The notes under the pieces were generated by a model that searched no databases, was not told where the DNA came from, and saw nothing but the letters and a program-made list of their open reading frames with translations. Below are positions 63,641 through 64,000 of a stretch of 64,000 bases of DNA, one piece after another. The position numbers were made by a program, and so were the translations under genes. Location: positions 86,056,001 through 86,120,000 of the forward strand of contig NC_134468.1 in assembly GCF_964194025.1 (NCBI RefSeq), in the 5' to 3' direction. This DNA comes from Convolutriloba macropyga. Taxonomy: Eukaryota. Numbering within the stretch: position 1 is the first letter of the stretch; every line of letters begins with the position of its first letter.

Positions 63641-64000
63641 GTTAGTTCAAAAGTTGATCCAGAGTCTATAATTTTTAGCGCAATTTTACCCCCGATGCTC
63701 TTCAAGTTAAATTGATCGATCGAAAAATCAGTTCAAATACTGTAAAAAGTGTGTTCATAACATTTAAGTGATGGTAAATTATGGAATTAAATTGCAGAAA
63801 ATGCAGGAAGGCATCTTTTGTGGGTGAAAGGTACATAATAAAGATTATGGAAAATAATTACTAATCTTTAAACAAACCAAGATAACGAAACGACAAAATT
63901 TTAATTCGTTTTATAAACCATATATGGTCCGTATTATGGCGAGTAGGTTTGACCAACTTTTTTTCCACCTTAGCGTCTAGATTAAGAGTGATTTAATTTT

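Overview
AT-rich, repeat-dense animal (invertebrate-type) nuclear DNA with GT-AG introns. Five protein-coding genes, all on the + strand: the 3' end of GFAT/GFPT (last exon 13182-13226); a two-exon gamma-glutamyl hydrolase (GGH) nested in GFAT's last intron; exosome subunit EXOSC6/MTR3; RINT1; and the 5' part of CFAP45. The most striking structure is an ~11.8-kb tandem array (25826-37591) after EXOSC6 exon 1. On the minus strand it holds nine copies plus one partial copy of a decayed ~160-codon frame that resembles the C-terminal half of a Polinton/Maverick-like double-jelly-roll major capsid protein, antisense to the host transcript. The array also holds five copies of EXOSC6 exon 2 (four with intact frame and splice sites) and a repeated 70-nt pre-miRNA-like hairpin. 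The terminal exons of EXOSC6 and GFAT are each duplicated. Introns and intergenic DNA carry two LINE fragments, MITEs, a tRNA-derived SINE and two families of Helentron/DINE-1-like non-autonomous elements, one with tRNA-like cores. All homology calls come from reading and motif recognition, not database searches.
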